NCBI GenBank assembly: GCA_003251795.1
Contig: QKEI01000273.1
Span: forward strand, 11,152-75,151
Reading direction: 5' to 3'
Source of the DNA: Candidatus Muproteobacteria bacterium
GTDB taxonomy: Bacteria > Pseudomonadota > Gammaproteobacteria > Acidiferrobacterales > SPGG2
Length of the DNA: 64,000 nt
Below, in pieces: positions 11,507 through 22,228 of this stretch. The translations under genes were made by a program, and so were the position numbers. The stretch's first letter is position 1; every line of letters begins with the position of its first letter. The notes under the pieces are model-generated. The model had not been told where the DNA came from, ran no database searches, and worked only from the letters and a program-made list of their open reading frames with translations.

Positions 11507-12883
11507 TTACACAACCACGAGTGGGTCGGGCATTTTCCCAGTAGGTTTCAGCACGACGCGCAAGCTCGATTCGCCGGCTTGCGCGGCGAAGGCTGCACAT
11601 ACCCAACGATCGCCCACGGCTACCAACTCATCGTCGATAAAAATTAGTGGCAGGCGTTGTCGCTCCCAGGGCGGCACCCCGGCATGCTGGAACAATTTCT
11701 TGAGCTTGTGGTGATGCTGGCGTCCCGGTAGGCGCAGGCTTTCGCCGCCGCGTCGCAAACACACATGGGCCGTCTTGCCGCTCAAATGTTTGGCTGACAA
11801 GCCGCTGCCTAGCGTGCTTTCTAGGGAGAGGACATAGCCCGTTCCCGGGACCTCCACCGGTTCGGCAAAATTCCAGGTTATATCAATATCAGCATCGGCG
11901 TTTGGCCTTGGTGGCATAATCCAGAGGCCCTCTCGATAGCGCAGCATCTCGGCGCCCGGCCAAGTGATGGCGGCGTGTCCTGACCGCGGTGATTGTCCGA
12001 CAAGTTGGACAATTTGTTCGAACACCTGGGCTGGCGGCACGGTGAAGCCGCGCTGGCGTATCCAGTAGCGGATTACGTTACGCTGACGTATCGGTTCTAG
12101 TCGACGCAGTCCGGGGATGGAGATCGCGCCATCCTTTTTTGGCGCCAACAAGGGCAGGTCGACCTCGGCGACTGTATCCAGCAGTGTCGACGCCTCCATG
12201 GCATGGCGGCCTGCACGGGCGATGACTCGCTTTGCCTGCGGCCAGCGTTGCTCAAGCAACGGCAAGACCTGATGCCGCATGAAGTTACGACTGCGACCCA
12301 AGTCGCGATTGCTCGTATCTTCGATCCACTGCAGTCGATGTTGTTGCGCATAGCTCAGAAGCTCAGCGCGTGTAAATCCGAGCATCGGTCGTACTAGCGT
12401 GCCGCGGGAAAAAACCATGACCACAGGCATGCCCGCTAGACCGCGCACACCGGTACCACGCAGTAACTGCAAAAGCACCGTTTCTGCTTGATCATCCAAA
12501 TGGTGCGCCGTAAGCAGTGCCTCGCCCGCGCCGATGTGGCGGGCGAAGGTTGCGTAACGCAGGCGTCGGGCTGCCGCCTCCAGGCCTTCGGTGCCGATGA
12601 CTTGTACTTCGAGATGCTCGACAGCGCAGACCACGCCAAGGCGCTGGCACACGGCTAGGCAATGCTCTGCCCAGGCGGGGGCATGCGGATGCAGACCGTG
12701 ATTGACATGAATAGCACTGACGGCCCAAGGGTTACTCTGACGCAGCCCAGTTACGGCGTGGAGTAAGGCGTGTGAGTCGACGCCGCCGCTGTAGGCGATC
12801 TTTACCGCAACACTGCCACTGAGGTGGTCGTGGAGTACGCGCGCTAGCGCGCGCGCCGAAAACCCGGATTCATTTCTCTTCAA
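11507..12883 (-). CDS. tilS: tRNA(Ile)-lysidine synthase
   Basis: Carries the PP-loop [10 protein letters not shown]. At 458 aa it lies downstream of accA, the conserved accA-tilS order. Confidence 0.85.
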   Translation of the reverse strand: MKRNESGFSARALARVLHDHLSGSVAVKIAYSGGVDSHALLHAVTGLRQSNPWAVSAIHVNHGLHPHAPAWAEHCLAVCQRLGVVCAVEHLEVQVIGTEGLEAAARRLRYATFARHIGAGEALLTAHHLDDQAETVLLQLLRGTGVRGLAGMPVVMVFSRGTLVRPMLGFTRAELLSYAQQHRLQWIEDTSNRDLGRSRNFMRHQVLPLLEQRWPQAKRVIARAGRHAMEASTLLDTVAEVDLPLLAPKKDGAISIPGLRRLEPIRQRNVIRYWIRQRGFTVPPAQVFEQIVQLVGQSPRSGHAAITWPGAEMLRYREGLWIMPPRPNADADIDITWNFAEPVEVPGTGYVLSLESTLGSGLSAKHLSGKTAHVCLRRGGESLRLPGRQHHHKLKKLFQHAGVPPWERQRLPLIFIDDELVAVGDRWVCAAFAAQAGESSLRVVLKPTGKMPDPLVVV

Positions 12884-13829
12884 ATTTCCCGTACTGCATC
12901 AACCGCGCCGTGCGTTTGGCAACGAGATTCTCCACCGAAATGGCGCTCAATTCCTCGACTGCTCGGACAAGGGCCTGCCCCAAGGCCTCCGCCATCGTGT
13001 TGACGTTACGGTGAGCGCCTCCCAGTGGTTCGGGCACAATCTCGTCAACAAATCCTAAGCGTTTGAGTCGGGTTGCAGTGATGCCCATTGCCTCGGCGGC
13101 GACATCGGCCTTTTCAGCGCTCTTCCATAAAATCGATGCGCAACCTTCCGGCGAGATGACGGAGTAGGTCGCGTATTGCAACATTAACAAGCGATCGCAG
13201 ACACCGATAGCCAGTGCTCCACCTGAACCGCCTTCACCGATAACGGCGCTTATGATTGGTGTGCGCAATTTGGCCATCGTGTAGAGGTTACGCGCAATCG
13301 CCTCACTCTGGCCGCGCTCTTCAGCACCCACGCCCGGGTACGCGCCGGGCGTGTCGATCATAGTGACCACCGGCAGTTCGAAGCGCTCTGCCATCTGCAT
13401 CAACCGTAGCGCTTTGCGATAGCCCTCCGGTCGCGGCATGCCAAAGTTGCGTTCCACTTTCTCACGCGTGTCACGCCCCTTCTGGTGACCAATGACTATA
13501 ACCGCACGACCCCACAGGCGAGCAAGCCCGCCGACAATGGCTGGGTCATCGGCGAATAGCCGGTCTCCATGCAGCTCCTGGAAATCGGTGAAAATTCGCT
13601 GAATATAATCCAACGTGAACGGTCGCCGCGGGTGGCGCGCCAACTGTGAGATCTGCCATGGTGTCAGCGATGCGAAAACAGATTCGGTGAGCTTGTTGCT
13701 CTTGGTCTGAAGCCGCTTGATCTCGGCGCTGATGTTGATATCGCTATCTTCGCTGGTATAGCGCAGTGCTTCGATCTTGGCTTCGAGCTCTGCAATCGGC
13801 TGCTCGAAATCCAGGTAGTTGTTATTCAT
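12870..13829 (-). CDS. accA: Acetyl-CoA carboxylase carboxyltransferase alpha subunit
   Basis: 319 aa: [15 protein letters not shown]...[21 protein letters not shown]. Confidence 0.95.
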   Translation of the reverse strand: MNNNYLDFEQPIAELEAKIEALRYTSEDSDINISAEIKRLQTKSNKLTESVFASLTPWQISQLARHPRRPFTLDYIQRIFTDFQELHGDRLFADDPAIVGGLARLWGRAVIVIGHQKGRDTREKVERNFGMPRPEGYRKALRLMQMAERFELPVVTMIDTPGAYPGVGAEERGQSEAIARNLYTMAKLRTPIISAVIGEGGSGGALAIGVCDRLLMLQYATYSVISPEGCASILWKSAEKADVAAEAMGITATRLKRLGFVDEIVPEPLGGAHRNVNTMAEALGQALVRAVEELSAISVENLVAKRTARLMQYGKFEEK

Positions 13830-13890
13830 CGCTTCCCGGGGTGCGGAGGTTCTATTCTTAGTCTAGACGATAACAGGTGGCCATGACGCT

Positions 13891-16800
13891 TCACGGGTAT
13901 ATCACGTGCACCCGGTCCGGCCCAGCGAGTTGTGAGAGTCGCTCCAACACGTTGTCCGATGGGCTCACACGCCACGCCTCCCCCAGGGCCAACTCGACCT
14001 CGGCCACGCGACTTTGGTACCTCAAATATACGGGGCAGCTACCGCCGCTAGCGGGGTCGAGAATTTCGCCCAGTGCGTCAACGAAACCGTTCTCAGTAAT
14101 CTCGAGGTCTACGTCGATCACAACACGTTTGGCCAAGGCCGCTCGCGCCTGCTCGAAATTATAGATCTTCTCCGCGCTCATCTTGAACCCGCCGGTATAT
14201 TCATCGACGCTGACGGGTCCCTCGACTACCAGCAGGTTATCCTTCACCAGTAAGTCTCGGTGGCGCATGTAAAGCTCGGAGAACACAGCCAGCTCGAGCC
14301 TGCCGGTGCGATCATCGAGCGTGACAAAAATCATGCGGTCGCCCCGGCGCGTGCGCATCGTGCGCGTAGCAACCACCAGTCCGGCCACGGTTACGGTGCG
14401 GTCCTCCGTCGGCTTGAGTTCAGCGATCGATGTATGAGTCATTTGCGCAAGCTCCTTTGCGAAGCGCTCGATCGGGTGCCCACTCAAATAGAAACCCAGC
14501 GTCTCCTTTTCACCCTCAAGACGTTGTTCCTCGCTCCACTCCGGTACGTCGACATACTCATGCGGCTCCGAAGTTGAGCCTGACAGCGCAAACAACTCGT
14601 TTTGCCCCGTCTCTCGATTACGGTTTTGCTGATCGGCGATTCGCAGCGCGTTGCCCAGGGTCGCCATCAACGTCGCTCGGTGAGGACCTATGCTGTCAAA
14701 TGCACCGGCACGGATCAGCGACTCGAGTACGCGGCGATTCAAGCGACGCAGGTCCACACGTTTGCTTAGGTCAAACAGATCGTGAAATGCTTCGCCTTGA
14801 CGCCGCGCCTCCAGTAGCGCGTCGATTGCAGATTGGCCAAGGCCTTTTATGGCGCCGAGTCCGTACAGAATGGTCTTGTCATCGCGCGGCACAAACTCGT
14901 ACTCGCAGCGGTTAATGTCTGGCGAGGAAACGTCGAGCCCCATATCACGACATTCGGCAATCATCGTCACCACTTTGTCCGTGTTGTCCATATCCGCTGA
15001 TAACACGGCTGCCATGAAAGCTGCCGGATAATGGGCTTTCAGCCATGCAGTCTGGTACGCGATTAACGCATAGGCCGCTGAATGCGAACGGTTGAAGCCA
15101 TAACCAGCAAACTTTTCGATGAGGTCAAAGATGTGTGAGGCTAAGCGTCGATTCACGCCGCGTTCGACTGCACCGTTGATAAACCCTTCACGTTGACTAG
15201 CCATCTCCTCGGGCTTTTTCTTGCCCATAGCAGCGCGCAATATGTCTGCCTTACCGAGCGAATAGCCGGAAAGCACTCGCGCGATCTGCATTACTTGCTC
15301 CTGATAAAGGATCACACCATAAGTTGGCTTGAGGATAGGTTCGAGGCTCGCATGTGGGTATTCGATGCGCGCGCGGCCATGTTTGCGTGCAATAAAGTCT
15401 TCTACCATACCGGATTGCAGCGGCCCAGGACGAAACAACGCCACCAATGCCACTATCTCTTCAAAATTATCCGGCTGCAGGCGTTGAATAAGTTCCTTCA
15501 TGCCGCGCGACTCTAGCTGAAAGAGCGCCGTGGTCTTGCATGATTTCAGCAACGCGTATGTTTGCGCATCATTGAGTGGGAGCTGATTGATTTCCAATGG
15601 CGCTTCGCCGTTGCGCTGTCGCTGGGCATTGATCGACTTCACCGCCTTGTCGATCGTAGTAAGATTGCGCAACCCGAGAAAATCGAACTTGACCAAACCA
15701 AGCGCTTCCAGGTCATCCTTATCGAATTGGGTTACCAGTTGCTTGCCGCCCTGTTCACAGTAGAGCGGCATGAAATCGGTAAGCATTGATGGGGCGATCA
15801 CTACGCCGCCCGCATGCTTGCCGGCATTTCTCGGCAACCCCTCTAGCGCGCGTGCCGTATCCAGCAATGCGCGTACGTCCTCTTCTTGCTCATAACGTTG
15901 TCGCAACATGGGTTCCTGCGCCAGCGCCCTGTCGAGGGTGACGCCAATTTCAAACGGTATGAGCTTGGCTAGCTGGTCAACGTAACCATAGGGATGGTCC
16001 ATAACTCTGCCAACATCGCGCACGACAGCGCGCGCCGCCATGGTCCCATGAGTAATGATTTGCGCAACGCGGTCCTCGCCGTAACGATGCATGACGTATT
16101 CGATTACACGATCGCGCTTCTCCATGCAGAAATCGACGTCGAAATCCGGCAACGACACACGTTCTGGGTTGAGGAAACGCTCGAACAGCAGGTCATGCTC
16201 GATCGGATCAAGATCAGTGATGGAGAGTGAGTAAGCGACCAACGAACCAGCACCAGAGCCGCGGCCCGGCCCAACAGGGATGCCGTTATCTTTGGCCCAT
16301 CTGATGAAATCAGCGACGATCAGAAAATAGCCGGAGAAACCCATATGGGCGATCACTTCCAGCTCATGACGTAACCTTGCCTGATAAACCTCAACACGTT
16401 CCATCGACAACGCCGCCCGCTTCTCGAGCCGCGCCTGTAAGCCACTTTGGGCCTGCTGACTCAGCATCTGGTCAATAGTCACACCGGCAGGTACGGGGTA
16501 GTCCGGCAAGAAGTAACGCCCGAACTCGAGGCGCAGATTGCAACGTTTGGCAATCTCGACTGTGTTCTCTAGCGCCTCTGGAACGTCCGCAAACAACTGT
16601 GCCATTTCCTCGGCGCTGCGAAAGAACTGAGCCTGCGTGTGACGCCGCGGCCGGCGGTTGTCGCTCAGGACACGACCGTCCTGGATGCATACCCGCACCT
16701 CATGGGGTTCGAAATCACCTGGCCGCAGAAAACACACGTGATTCGTCGCTACCACGGGCAAACCCGCGCGCTGTGCGAGGGCCACAGTCGCGTGCACCGA

Positions 16801-17337
16801 CTCTTCCTGGTAGCGTTGGCCGATGCGCTGAAGCATCAAGTAAAAGCGACCGGGGAACAGACTCGCGTACTCCTGCGCCAGCCGATCCGCTGCCGACAAG
16901 TTGCCGGAAAGTAGTGCTTGCCCAACTTCACCTTCTTCCGCGCCAGACAAGGCAATCAGCCCTTTGCTTCGTTCATGGAGCCGAGCACGACTGACGCACG
17001 GTCGGCCGCTATGCTGGCCCTCACGGTAGGCGTGCGTTAGCAAGTGGCAGAGGTTGCGGTAACCTGAAAGATCCTGACACAGCAGAATCAAGCGATAAGG
17101 CTTGTGCACATCAGTGATATTTTCCAGCCAGACATCGACACCGACGATCGGTTTGACGCCGCTAGCCACTGCAGCGCGGTAAAACTTTATGAGGCCGAAG
17201 GTATTGCCGATATCCGTGACCGCCACCGCCGGCATGCGTTGCGCTGCAGCGGCGGCAACCAGATCTTTGATGCTAGCGATGCCATCGGCGAGGGAATATT
17301 CGGAGTGTACGTGGAGATGAACAAAGTCCGTGCTCAC
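13891..17337 (-). CDS. dnaE: DNA polymerase III alpha subunit
   Basis: 1148 aa with the PHP domain FVHLHVHSEYSLADG and conserved polymerase core motifs. Confidence 0.97.
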   Translation of the reverse strand: MSTDFVHLHVHSEYSLADGIASIKDLVAAAAAQRMPAVAVTDIGNTFGLIKFYRAAVASGVKPIVGVDVWLENITDVHKPYRLILLCQDLSGYRNLCHLLTHAYREGQHSGRPCVSRARLHERSKGLIALSGAEEGEVGQALLSGNLSAADRLAQEYASLFPGRFYLMLQRIGQRYQEESVHATVALAQRAGLPVVATNHVCFLRPGDFEPHEVRVCIQDGRVLSDNRRPRRHTQAQFFRSAEEMAQLFADVPEALENTVEIAKRCNLRLEFGRYFLPDYPVPAGVTIDQMLSQQAQSGLQARLEKRAALSMERVEVYQARLRHELEVIAHMGFSGYFLIVADFIRWAKDNGIPVGPGRGSGAGSLVAYSLSITDLDPIEHDLLFERFLNPERVSLPDFDVDFCMEKRDRVIEYVMHRYGEDRVAQIITHGTMAARAVVRDVGRVMDHPYGYVDQLAKLIPFEIGVTLDRALAQEPMLRQRYEQEEDVRALLDTARALEGLPRNAGKHAGGVVIAPSMLTDFMPLYCEQGGKQLVTQFDKDDLEALGLVKFDFLGLRNLTTIDKAVKSINAQRQRNGEAPLEINQLPLNDAQTYALLKSCKTTALFQLESRGMKELIQRLQPDNFEEIVALVALFRPGPLQSGMVEDFIARKHGRARIEYPHASLEPILKPTYGVILYQEQVMQIARVLSGYSLGKADILRAAMGKKKPEEMASQREGFINGAVERGVNRRLASHIFDLIEKFAGYGFNRSHSAAYALIAYQTAWLKAHYPAAFMAAVLSADMDNTDKVVTMIAECRDMGLDVSSPDINRCEYEFVPRDDKTILYGLGAIKGLGQSAIDALLEARRQGEAFHDLFDLSKRVDLRRLNRRVLESLIRAGAFDSIGPHRATLMATLGNALRIADQQNRNRETGQNELFALSGSTSEPHEYVDVPEWSEEQRLEGEKETLGFYLSGHPIERFAKELAQMTHTSIAELKPTEDRTVTVAGLVVATRTMRTRRGDRMIFVTLDDRTGRLELAVFSELYMRHRDLLVKDNLLVVEGPVSVDEYTGGFKMSAEKIYNFEQARAALAKRVVIDVDLEITENGFVDALGEILDPASGGSCPVYLRYQSRVAEVELALGEAWRVSPSDNVLERLSQLAGPDRVHVIYP

Positions 17338-17524
17338 CTGCGGTATTTCACATCAAATCAAAGATGCAGGAAAGGGGTGCGCTCAAACACTGCCGGTGGG
17401 TGAGATATCAGAGTCCCGACAACCGTATCTGGCTCAGAGAGCCGCTACCGCTGACCCCCGCCCTTTGAATCAGGTTGCAGAATGACGGAAGATCGAATCC
17501 GAGCCCCAATTTGACCCGATAATG

Positions 17525-17540
17525 CCTAGAATCAATCATT
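17525..17540 (+). repeat. Left copy of the direct repeat flanking the gsp cluster (CCTAGAATCAATCATT)
   Basis: Matches 29031-29045 (CCTAGAATCA-TCATT): 10 nt exact plus 5 nt after a 1-nt indel. It sits in the AT-rich dnaE/gspC intergenic region. Confidence 0.4.
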
Positions 17541-17565
17541 TATTCGAATTTTTCAGGGTTCTCTG

Positions 17566-17595
17566 TTAGGTATATTAACTAGGCGTATATATAAT
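17566..17595 (+). promoter_or_regulatory. Putative gsp operon promoter in an AT-rich spacer
   Basis: TATAAT at 17590-17595, with a weak -35-like TTAGGT about 18 nt upstream. It lies about 55 nt before the gspC ATG, in locally AT-rich sequence within a GC-rich genome. Confidence 0.3.
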
Positions 17596-17648
17596 CAGAA
17601 ATACAACATGGCTAAGCTATTGCCGTTTTAAGCACAGGACGATACGCC

Positions 17649-18515
17649 ATGGGAGCACTATCAGACGGGCTTAGGCGCGTTTTGAATCAGCGTTTGCCGG
17701 CGGTCCTCAATATCGCTGCTTTGTTGCTGCTTACCGGCAGTATGGCGCACTGGACTTGGCAGCTCGTGCCGCTGCCCGCGATCGCCGTGCCGCAAGGTGC
17801 GCTTACGACGCAGGACACGGGCGCAGCTTACGACCTTCAAGGTCTGCTCGACGCCCAGCTTTTTGGCAAGGTAGCACCCACTGCGGTTGTACCCGGACCG
17901 ACAACGGTGGCTGCTATCCCGACCAGTAGTCTCGATTTGACATTGACCGGTATAGTCGCGGCCGGAAGCGAGAGCCTAGCCTTGATTCGAGTCAACAAAG
18001 AACCCGAGACACCTTTCGCTATCGGTGAACAAGTCGCCCACGGCGTTACACTCAAAGAGGTGTACGCGGACCGCGCGATTATCCTGCGCGGCGCCGCCGT
18101 CGAGGCTTTACTGCTTGAAGAGCAGACGGCCGGTGTTGGCGATTTGTCAGGCGCCGCCTCCCCGCCCCCGCCTACGGGCAACGTAGTGGAACCCCAGGGT
18201 AACAATAGCTATCGCATCGACCGGGACCTCGTGGCTGAGGAGATGCGTGATCCCGACATCTTCCGTCAGGCATTAATCGTTCCCAATGCCGGCGGCGGAT
18301 TCCTCGTGCGCCAGATCAAGCCAGGTAGCATCTACGAAAAACTGGGGTTAAGGGTTGGGGATGTCATTCGCAAGGTGAATGGGCGTAACATCAACTCGGT
18401 GGATGAAGCGCTGCGCCTCTATCAACAACTCGGCGGAGTCGACCAAGTTGCCGACGTGGAGCTAGAAGTGCTACGCGCGGGTCGCCCGGAGCAGCTTCGT
18501 TACACGGTACAATAA
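17649..18515 (+). CDS. gspC: Type II secretion system protein C
   Basis: 288 aa with an N-terminal TM segment and a C-terminal PDZ-like segment (GLRVGDVIRKVNGRNINS). It is the first gene of the gsp cluster. Confidence 0.8.
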   Translation: MGALSDGLRRVLNQRLPAVLNIAALLLLTGSMAHWTWQLVPLPAIAVPQGALTTQDTGAAYDLQGLLDAQLFGKVAPTAVVPGPTTVAAIPTSSLDLTLTGIVAAGSESLALIRVNKEPETPFAIGEQVAHGVTLKEVYADRAIILRGAAVEALLLEEQTAGVGDLSGAASPPPPTGNVVEPQGNNSYRIDRDLVAEEMRDPDIFRQALIVPNAGGGFLVRQIKPGSIYEKLGLRVGDVIRKVNGRNINSVDEALRLYQQLGGVDQVADVELEVLRAGRPEQLRYTVQ

Positions 18516-18517
18516 CC

Positions 18518-20692
18518 ATGATGCCACATTGTTCACGCAGGTGCCTAGCAACGCTGACGAGCATCGTAGTATTCAGCTTTTACGGACTGCCTTTCGCTCA
18601 TGCGCAAGCGCCGAGCAACCAGCAGCGCACCACCGCGGGGGCTCCCGCAAATGTGGAGTTACGCAAGGGCGAGGTGCTATTTAACTTCCAACGCGCCGAT
18701 ATTGAAGCCGTCGTCAAAACCGTGTCACAGATGACCGGACGTAATTTTATTCTCGATCCACGCGTGAAAGGTAAAGTGACGATCATTTCAGCAAGTCCGG
18801 TCTCGAAAGGCGCTGCCTATCAGATTTTTGTTTCGGCCATTAAGGCCCAGGGCTTTACTACTGTCAGCGCCCCTGGCGGTACGATCAAGATCGTACCCGT
18901 GGCAGAAGCAAAGCAAAACGCCGATTTCAGTACCCGGGCGCGCCCTGCCCCAGTGGAGCAAGTCGTCACGCACGTGGTCATTATAGAAAATGGCGAAGCG
19001 ACACAGTTGGTGCCCTTGCTGCGTCCACTCATGGCGCCGACCAGTCAATTGTCCGCCTATGCGGCGGCCAACGCCTTGATCATCACTGATTACGCAGACA
19101 ATGTGCGCCGTCTGTTGACTATTATCCAACAGGTAGACCAACCTTCCACCAGCGAGGTCACTGTCATTCCGTTGGAGAACGCCTCGGCGCTTGACATCGC
19201 CGAGCTGATTTCGCGCCTGGCTACCGGAGCGGCTCCACAAGTGAGGGTGGCTGGACAGCAACAGGCGGCACAGGCACAGATAGCGGGCGAGCGATTCAGT
19301 GTGGTGCCTGATTTGCGCACGAATAGCCTGTTGGTCCGCACCGATAACCCCGGTCGACTGGTGCAGTTGCGCTCGCTGATCGCGAAGCTTGATGTGCCGG
19401 CTAGAGCCGGCGGTCATACCCGTGTGATCTATCTGAAAAACGCGGACGCTGTGCAGCTGGCCGAAGTTTTGCGTGGCTTGCTTGCCGGGGAGGCGGGGCT
19501 AGCGACGCCGGTGCGCGGCACCACGGCACCAGCCGCCGCGACCGCCGCCAAGGGAGTTGCCGCCGGTTCATTGGTACAGGCCGACGAGGCGACGAATTCC
19601 TTGATCATCCAGGCGCCGGACGGGATTTACAATAACTTGCGTGCCGTCATTGAGAAGCTCGACATCCGTCGCGCGCAGGTGTTCGTCGAGACCCTGATTG
19701 CCGCCATCGCCACCGATAAGCTGCGCGACATCGGTTTGCAGTGGGTGGCAGCGGGTTCCGCAGGTAACACTGGGATCGTTGGTATTAATAATTCGACGCA
19801 GGGTCGGGGCATCGTTGGTACCATCCTTGATCCCACGGGTACATTGGTGAACGCCGCCGGTCTCACGCTCGCGTTCCTCGGCGGCGAAACCACGCTGCCA
19901 GACGGCACTAAGGTAAGAAGTCTGGCGGGCCTGGCGCACGCCCTTGATCAGAAAGGCTACGGCACGATTCTGTCAACGCCCAATATTCTGACCATGGACA
20001 ATGCCGAGGCAAAGATTACGGTCGCGCAAAACGTGCCGTTTATCACCGGTAGTTTTGCCCAAGCCTCGGGCGTTGGTAGCACCGTCAATCCATTCCAGAC
20101 TATCGAACGCCAGGATGTGGGCATCGTACTGAAAGTGAAACCGCAGATCTCTGAGGGCAATGCGATCAAGCTCGAGGTGTTCCAGGAAGTCTCCAATGTC
20201 GACACGACGCCGGTAACCGGGGCCTCCGATATCACCACCCAGAAACGCACCGTCGAAACCACGGTATTGGTGGACAACGGCGATACGGTGGTGCTCGGGG
20301 GGCTGATCGATGAGCAATTCCAACAAGACGAACAGGGTATCGCAGGCCTCAGCAGCGTGCCGGTGCTCGGTGGCCTGTTCAGGACCAGGAAGAAGACCAA
20401 GTCCAAGACCAACCTAATGGTGTTCCTGCGGCCGAGCATCATTCGCCATGCGGAGGATACGATCGATATCACCCGAGACCGCTACACTGGCGTGCTCGAT
20501 GACAAACGTGCGATCAACCCAGGGCCTTCGCAGGTGCTCGATTCCTTCTCGGCAGGTGCGGTGGTGCGTTACCCCGCACGTGAAAGCGATTATGAGAAGC
20601 TCGAACCCGACAAGCCGACCCAACCGGAATTGTTAGGACCACCCGAGGTGGAAGAAAGCGTTCCCGGCGCCTCCCCTGCGCTACAACACTGA
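18518..20692 (+). CDS. gspD: Type II secretion system secretin GspD
   Basis: 724 aa with a signal peptide, N-domains and the secretin core (VPFITGSF...TTVLVDNGDTVVLGGLI...VPVLGGLF). Confidence 0.95.
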   Translation: MMPHCSRRCLATLTSIVVFSFYGLPFAHAQAPSNQQRTTAGAPANVELRKGEVLFNFQRADIEAVVKTVSQMTGRNFILDPRVKGKVTIISASPVSKGAAYQIFVSAIKAQGFTTVSAPGGTIKIVPVAEAKQNADFSTRARPAPVEQVVTHVVIIENGEATQLVPLLRPLMAPTSQLSAYAAANALIITDYADNVRRLLTIIQQVDQPSTSEVTVIPLENASALDIAELISRLATGAAPQVRVAGQQQAAQAQIAGERFSVVPDLRTNSLLVRTDNPGRLVQLRSLIAKLDVPARAGGHTRVIYLKNADAVQLAEVLRGLLAGEAGLATPVRGTTAPAAATAAKGVAAGSLVQADEATNSLIIQAPDGIYNNLRAVIEKLDIRRAQVFVETLIAAIATDKLRDIGLQWVAAGSAGNTGIVGINNSTQGRGIVGTILDPTGTLVNAAGLTLAFLGGETTLPDGTKVRSLAGLAHALDQKGYGTILSTPNILTMDNAEAKITVAQNVPFITGSFAQASGVGSTVNPFQTIERQDVGIVLKVKPQISEGNAIKLEVFQEVSNVDTTPVTGASDITTQKRTVETTVLVDNGDTVVLGGLIDEQFQQDEQGIAGLSSVPVLGGLFRTRKKTKSKTNLMVFLRPSIIRHAEDTIDITRDRYTGVLDDKRAINPGPSQVLDSFSAGAVVRYPARESDYEKLEPDKPTQPELLGPPEVEESVPGASPALQH

Positions 20693-20710
20693 AGCCATTA
20701 ACGCGTTTTC

Positions 20711-22225
20711 ATGCAGACTGTTCCTGATCTCCAGGCACTCGATCCCCAGTGCACGCAGCGCCTGCCCTATCACTTCGCTAAACGCCACGGCGTTATCAGT
20801 GCCCGCCAGCTCGAAAAAGCCATCGAGGTATGGGCGCGTCCGGGTATCAACAGCACCATCCTAGCGGAGATGCAACGCGTGTTGGGCCAGGCGATTGAGC
20901 TGCGCGAGGTTACGCCCGACACTTTCGATGCCGCCCTCAACCGCGCCTACGAGCGTGGCATGAGCCAGGCCATGCAGATCGTCGATGACCTTGATCAGGA
21001 TCAGGACCTGGCCGAGCTTGCGCAGAATCTGCCGCAGGTTGAGGACTTGCTCGACAGTGAGAACGACGCGCCGATTGTGCGCCTCATCAATGCCTTGCTC
21101 ACACAAGCGATCCGCGATGGCGCATCGGACATACACGTGGAACCGTTCGAAACGCGCTCCGTAGTGCGCATGCGTATGGACGGCGTGCTGCGCGACATTC
21201 TGGAACCGCAACAGGCGTTGCATCGCGTCATCGTGTCGCGCATCAAGATCATGGCGCATCTCGACATTGCCGAGAAACGCTTGCCCCAGGACGGGCGTAT
21301 TACCTTGCGTGTAGCCGGACGCCCTGTGGATGTGCGCGTATCGACATTACCTACCGCGCACGGGGAACGCGTTGTACTGCGGTTGCTCGACAAGCAGGCG
21401 GGACGTCTGAACTTGACTGGCCTTGGCATGTCGCAGGAAACGTTAACCACGTTAGACCACCTGATCCACCAACCTCATGGCATCATTTTGGTCACGGGGC
21501 CGACGGGCTCAGGCAAGACGACCACACTGTACGCGGTGCTGTCGCGTCTCGATACCAATCACCACAATATCATGACGGTTGAGGATCCGATCGAATACGA
21601 TCTGGATGGCGTGGGTCAGACCCAGGTGAATAGCAAGGTCGAGTTGAGCTTCGCGCGGGCGCTGCGGGCAATATTACGCCAGGACCCGGACATCATTATG
21701 ATCGGCGAGATTCGTGACTTGGAGACCGCGCAGATCGCGGTACAGGCGAGTCTTACGGGACATTTGGTGTTGGCCACGTTGCATACCAATGACGCCGTCG
21801 GCGCAGTCACGCGACTCGTGGACATGGGTGTCGAGCCGTTCCTGCTCGCATCCAGCCTGCTTGGCGTGTTAGCACAACGGCTGGTACGCAGGTTATGCCC
21901 CGAATGTCGGCGCGCCCATCCACCGGATACGGCCGAGCGGCAGTTGCTCGGAATCCCAGAAAAACAGACCGACACACCTGTTATCTACAGTCCGTCGGGT
22001 TGTGCGGCGTGCGTGCACACCGGTTATCAGGGACGTACGGGCGTATTCGAGCTGCTGCCGATCGACGACGAGCTTCGCCGGCTTATCCACGATGGCAGTA
22101 GTGAAACGCAGTTGCGCGCACAGGGGCAGAAGCTGGGTATGAAAGGCATACGCGAAGACGGTATGCGTTGGGTATTGTCAGGCATAACCAGTGTTGAAGA
22201 AGTACTGCGTGTGGCGCGCGAATAA
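20711..22225 (+). CDS. gspE: Type II secretion ATPase GspE
   Basis: Walker A GPTGSGKTTT, Asp/His boxes and the tetracysteine motif CPECRR...CAAC. Confidence 0.95.
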   Translation: MQTVPDLQALDPQCTQRLPYHFAKRHGVISARQLEKAIEVWARPGINSTILAEMQRVLGQAIELREVTPDTFDAALNRAYERGMSQAMQIVDDLDQDQDLAELAQNLPQVEDLLDSENDAPIVRLINALLTQAIRDGASDIHVEPFETRSVVRMRMDGVLRDILEPQQALHRVIVSRIKIMAHLDIAEKRLPQDGRITLRVAGRPVDVRVSTLPTAHGERVVLRLLDKQAGRLNLTGLGMSQETLTTLDHLIHQPHGIILVTGPTGSGKTTTLYAVLSRLDTNHHNIMTVEDPIEYDLDGVGQTQVNSKVELSFARALRAILRQDPDIIMIGEIRDLETAQIAVQASLTGHLVLATLHTNDAVGAVTRLVDMGVEPFLLASSLLGVLAQRLVRRLCPECRRAHPPDTAERQLLGIPEKQTDTPVIYSPSGCAACVHTGYQGRTGVFELLPIDDELRRLIHDGSSETQLRAQGQKLGMKGIREDGMRWVLSGITSVEEVLRVARE

Positions 22226-22228
22226 GTT

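Noticed and set aside
17609-17632. A mini-ORF, ATG GCT AAG CTA TTG CCG TTT TAA (7 codons), just upstream of gspC, as a possible leader peptide.
   Set aside because: It has no RBS, no attenuator structure and no codon bias pointing to regulation. A chance ORF in an AT-rich spacer is more likely.
18788-19417. A long antisense ORF (209 aa) inside gspD. Similar examples occur at 10847-11425 (in pyrG), 36090-36680 (in rseP), 53126-53683 (in lipoprotein gene 3), 55567-56082 (in orn), 48272-48775 (in amiB) and 43081-43635 (an alternative frame of rpsB).
   Set aside because: Each lies wholly within a confidently identified gene. Their translations are Arg/Ala/Gly/Pro-rich with no recognisable motifs, as expected for stop-poor alternative frames in GC-rich DNA. 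None has an RBS or intergenic context.
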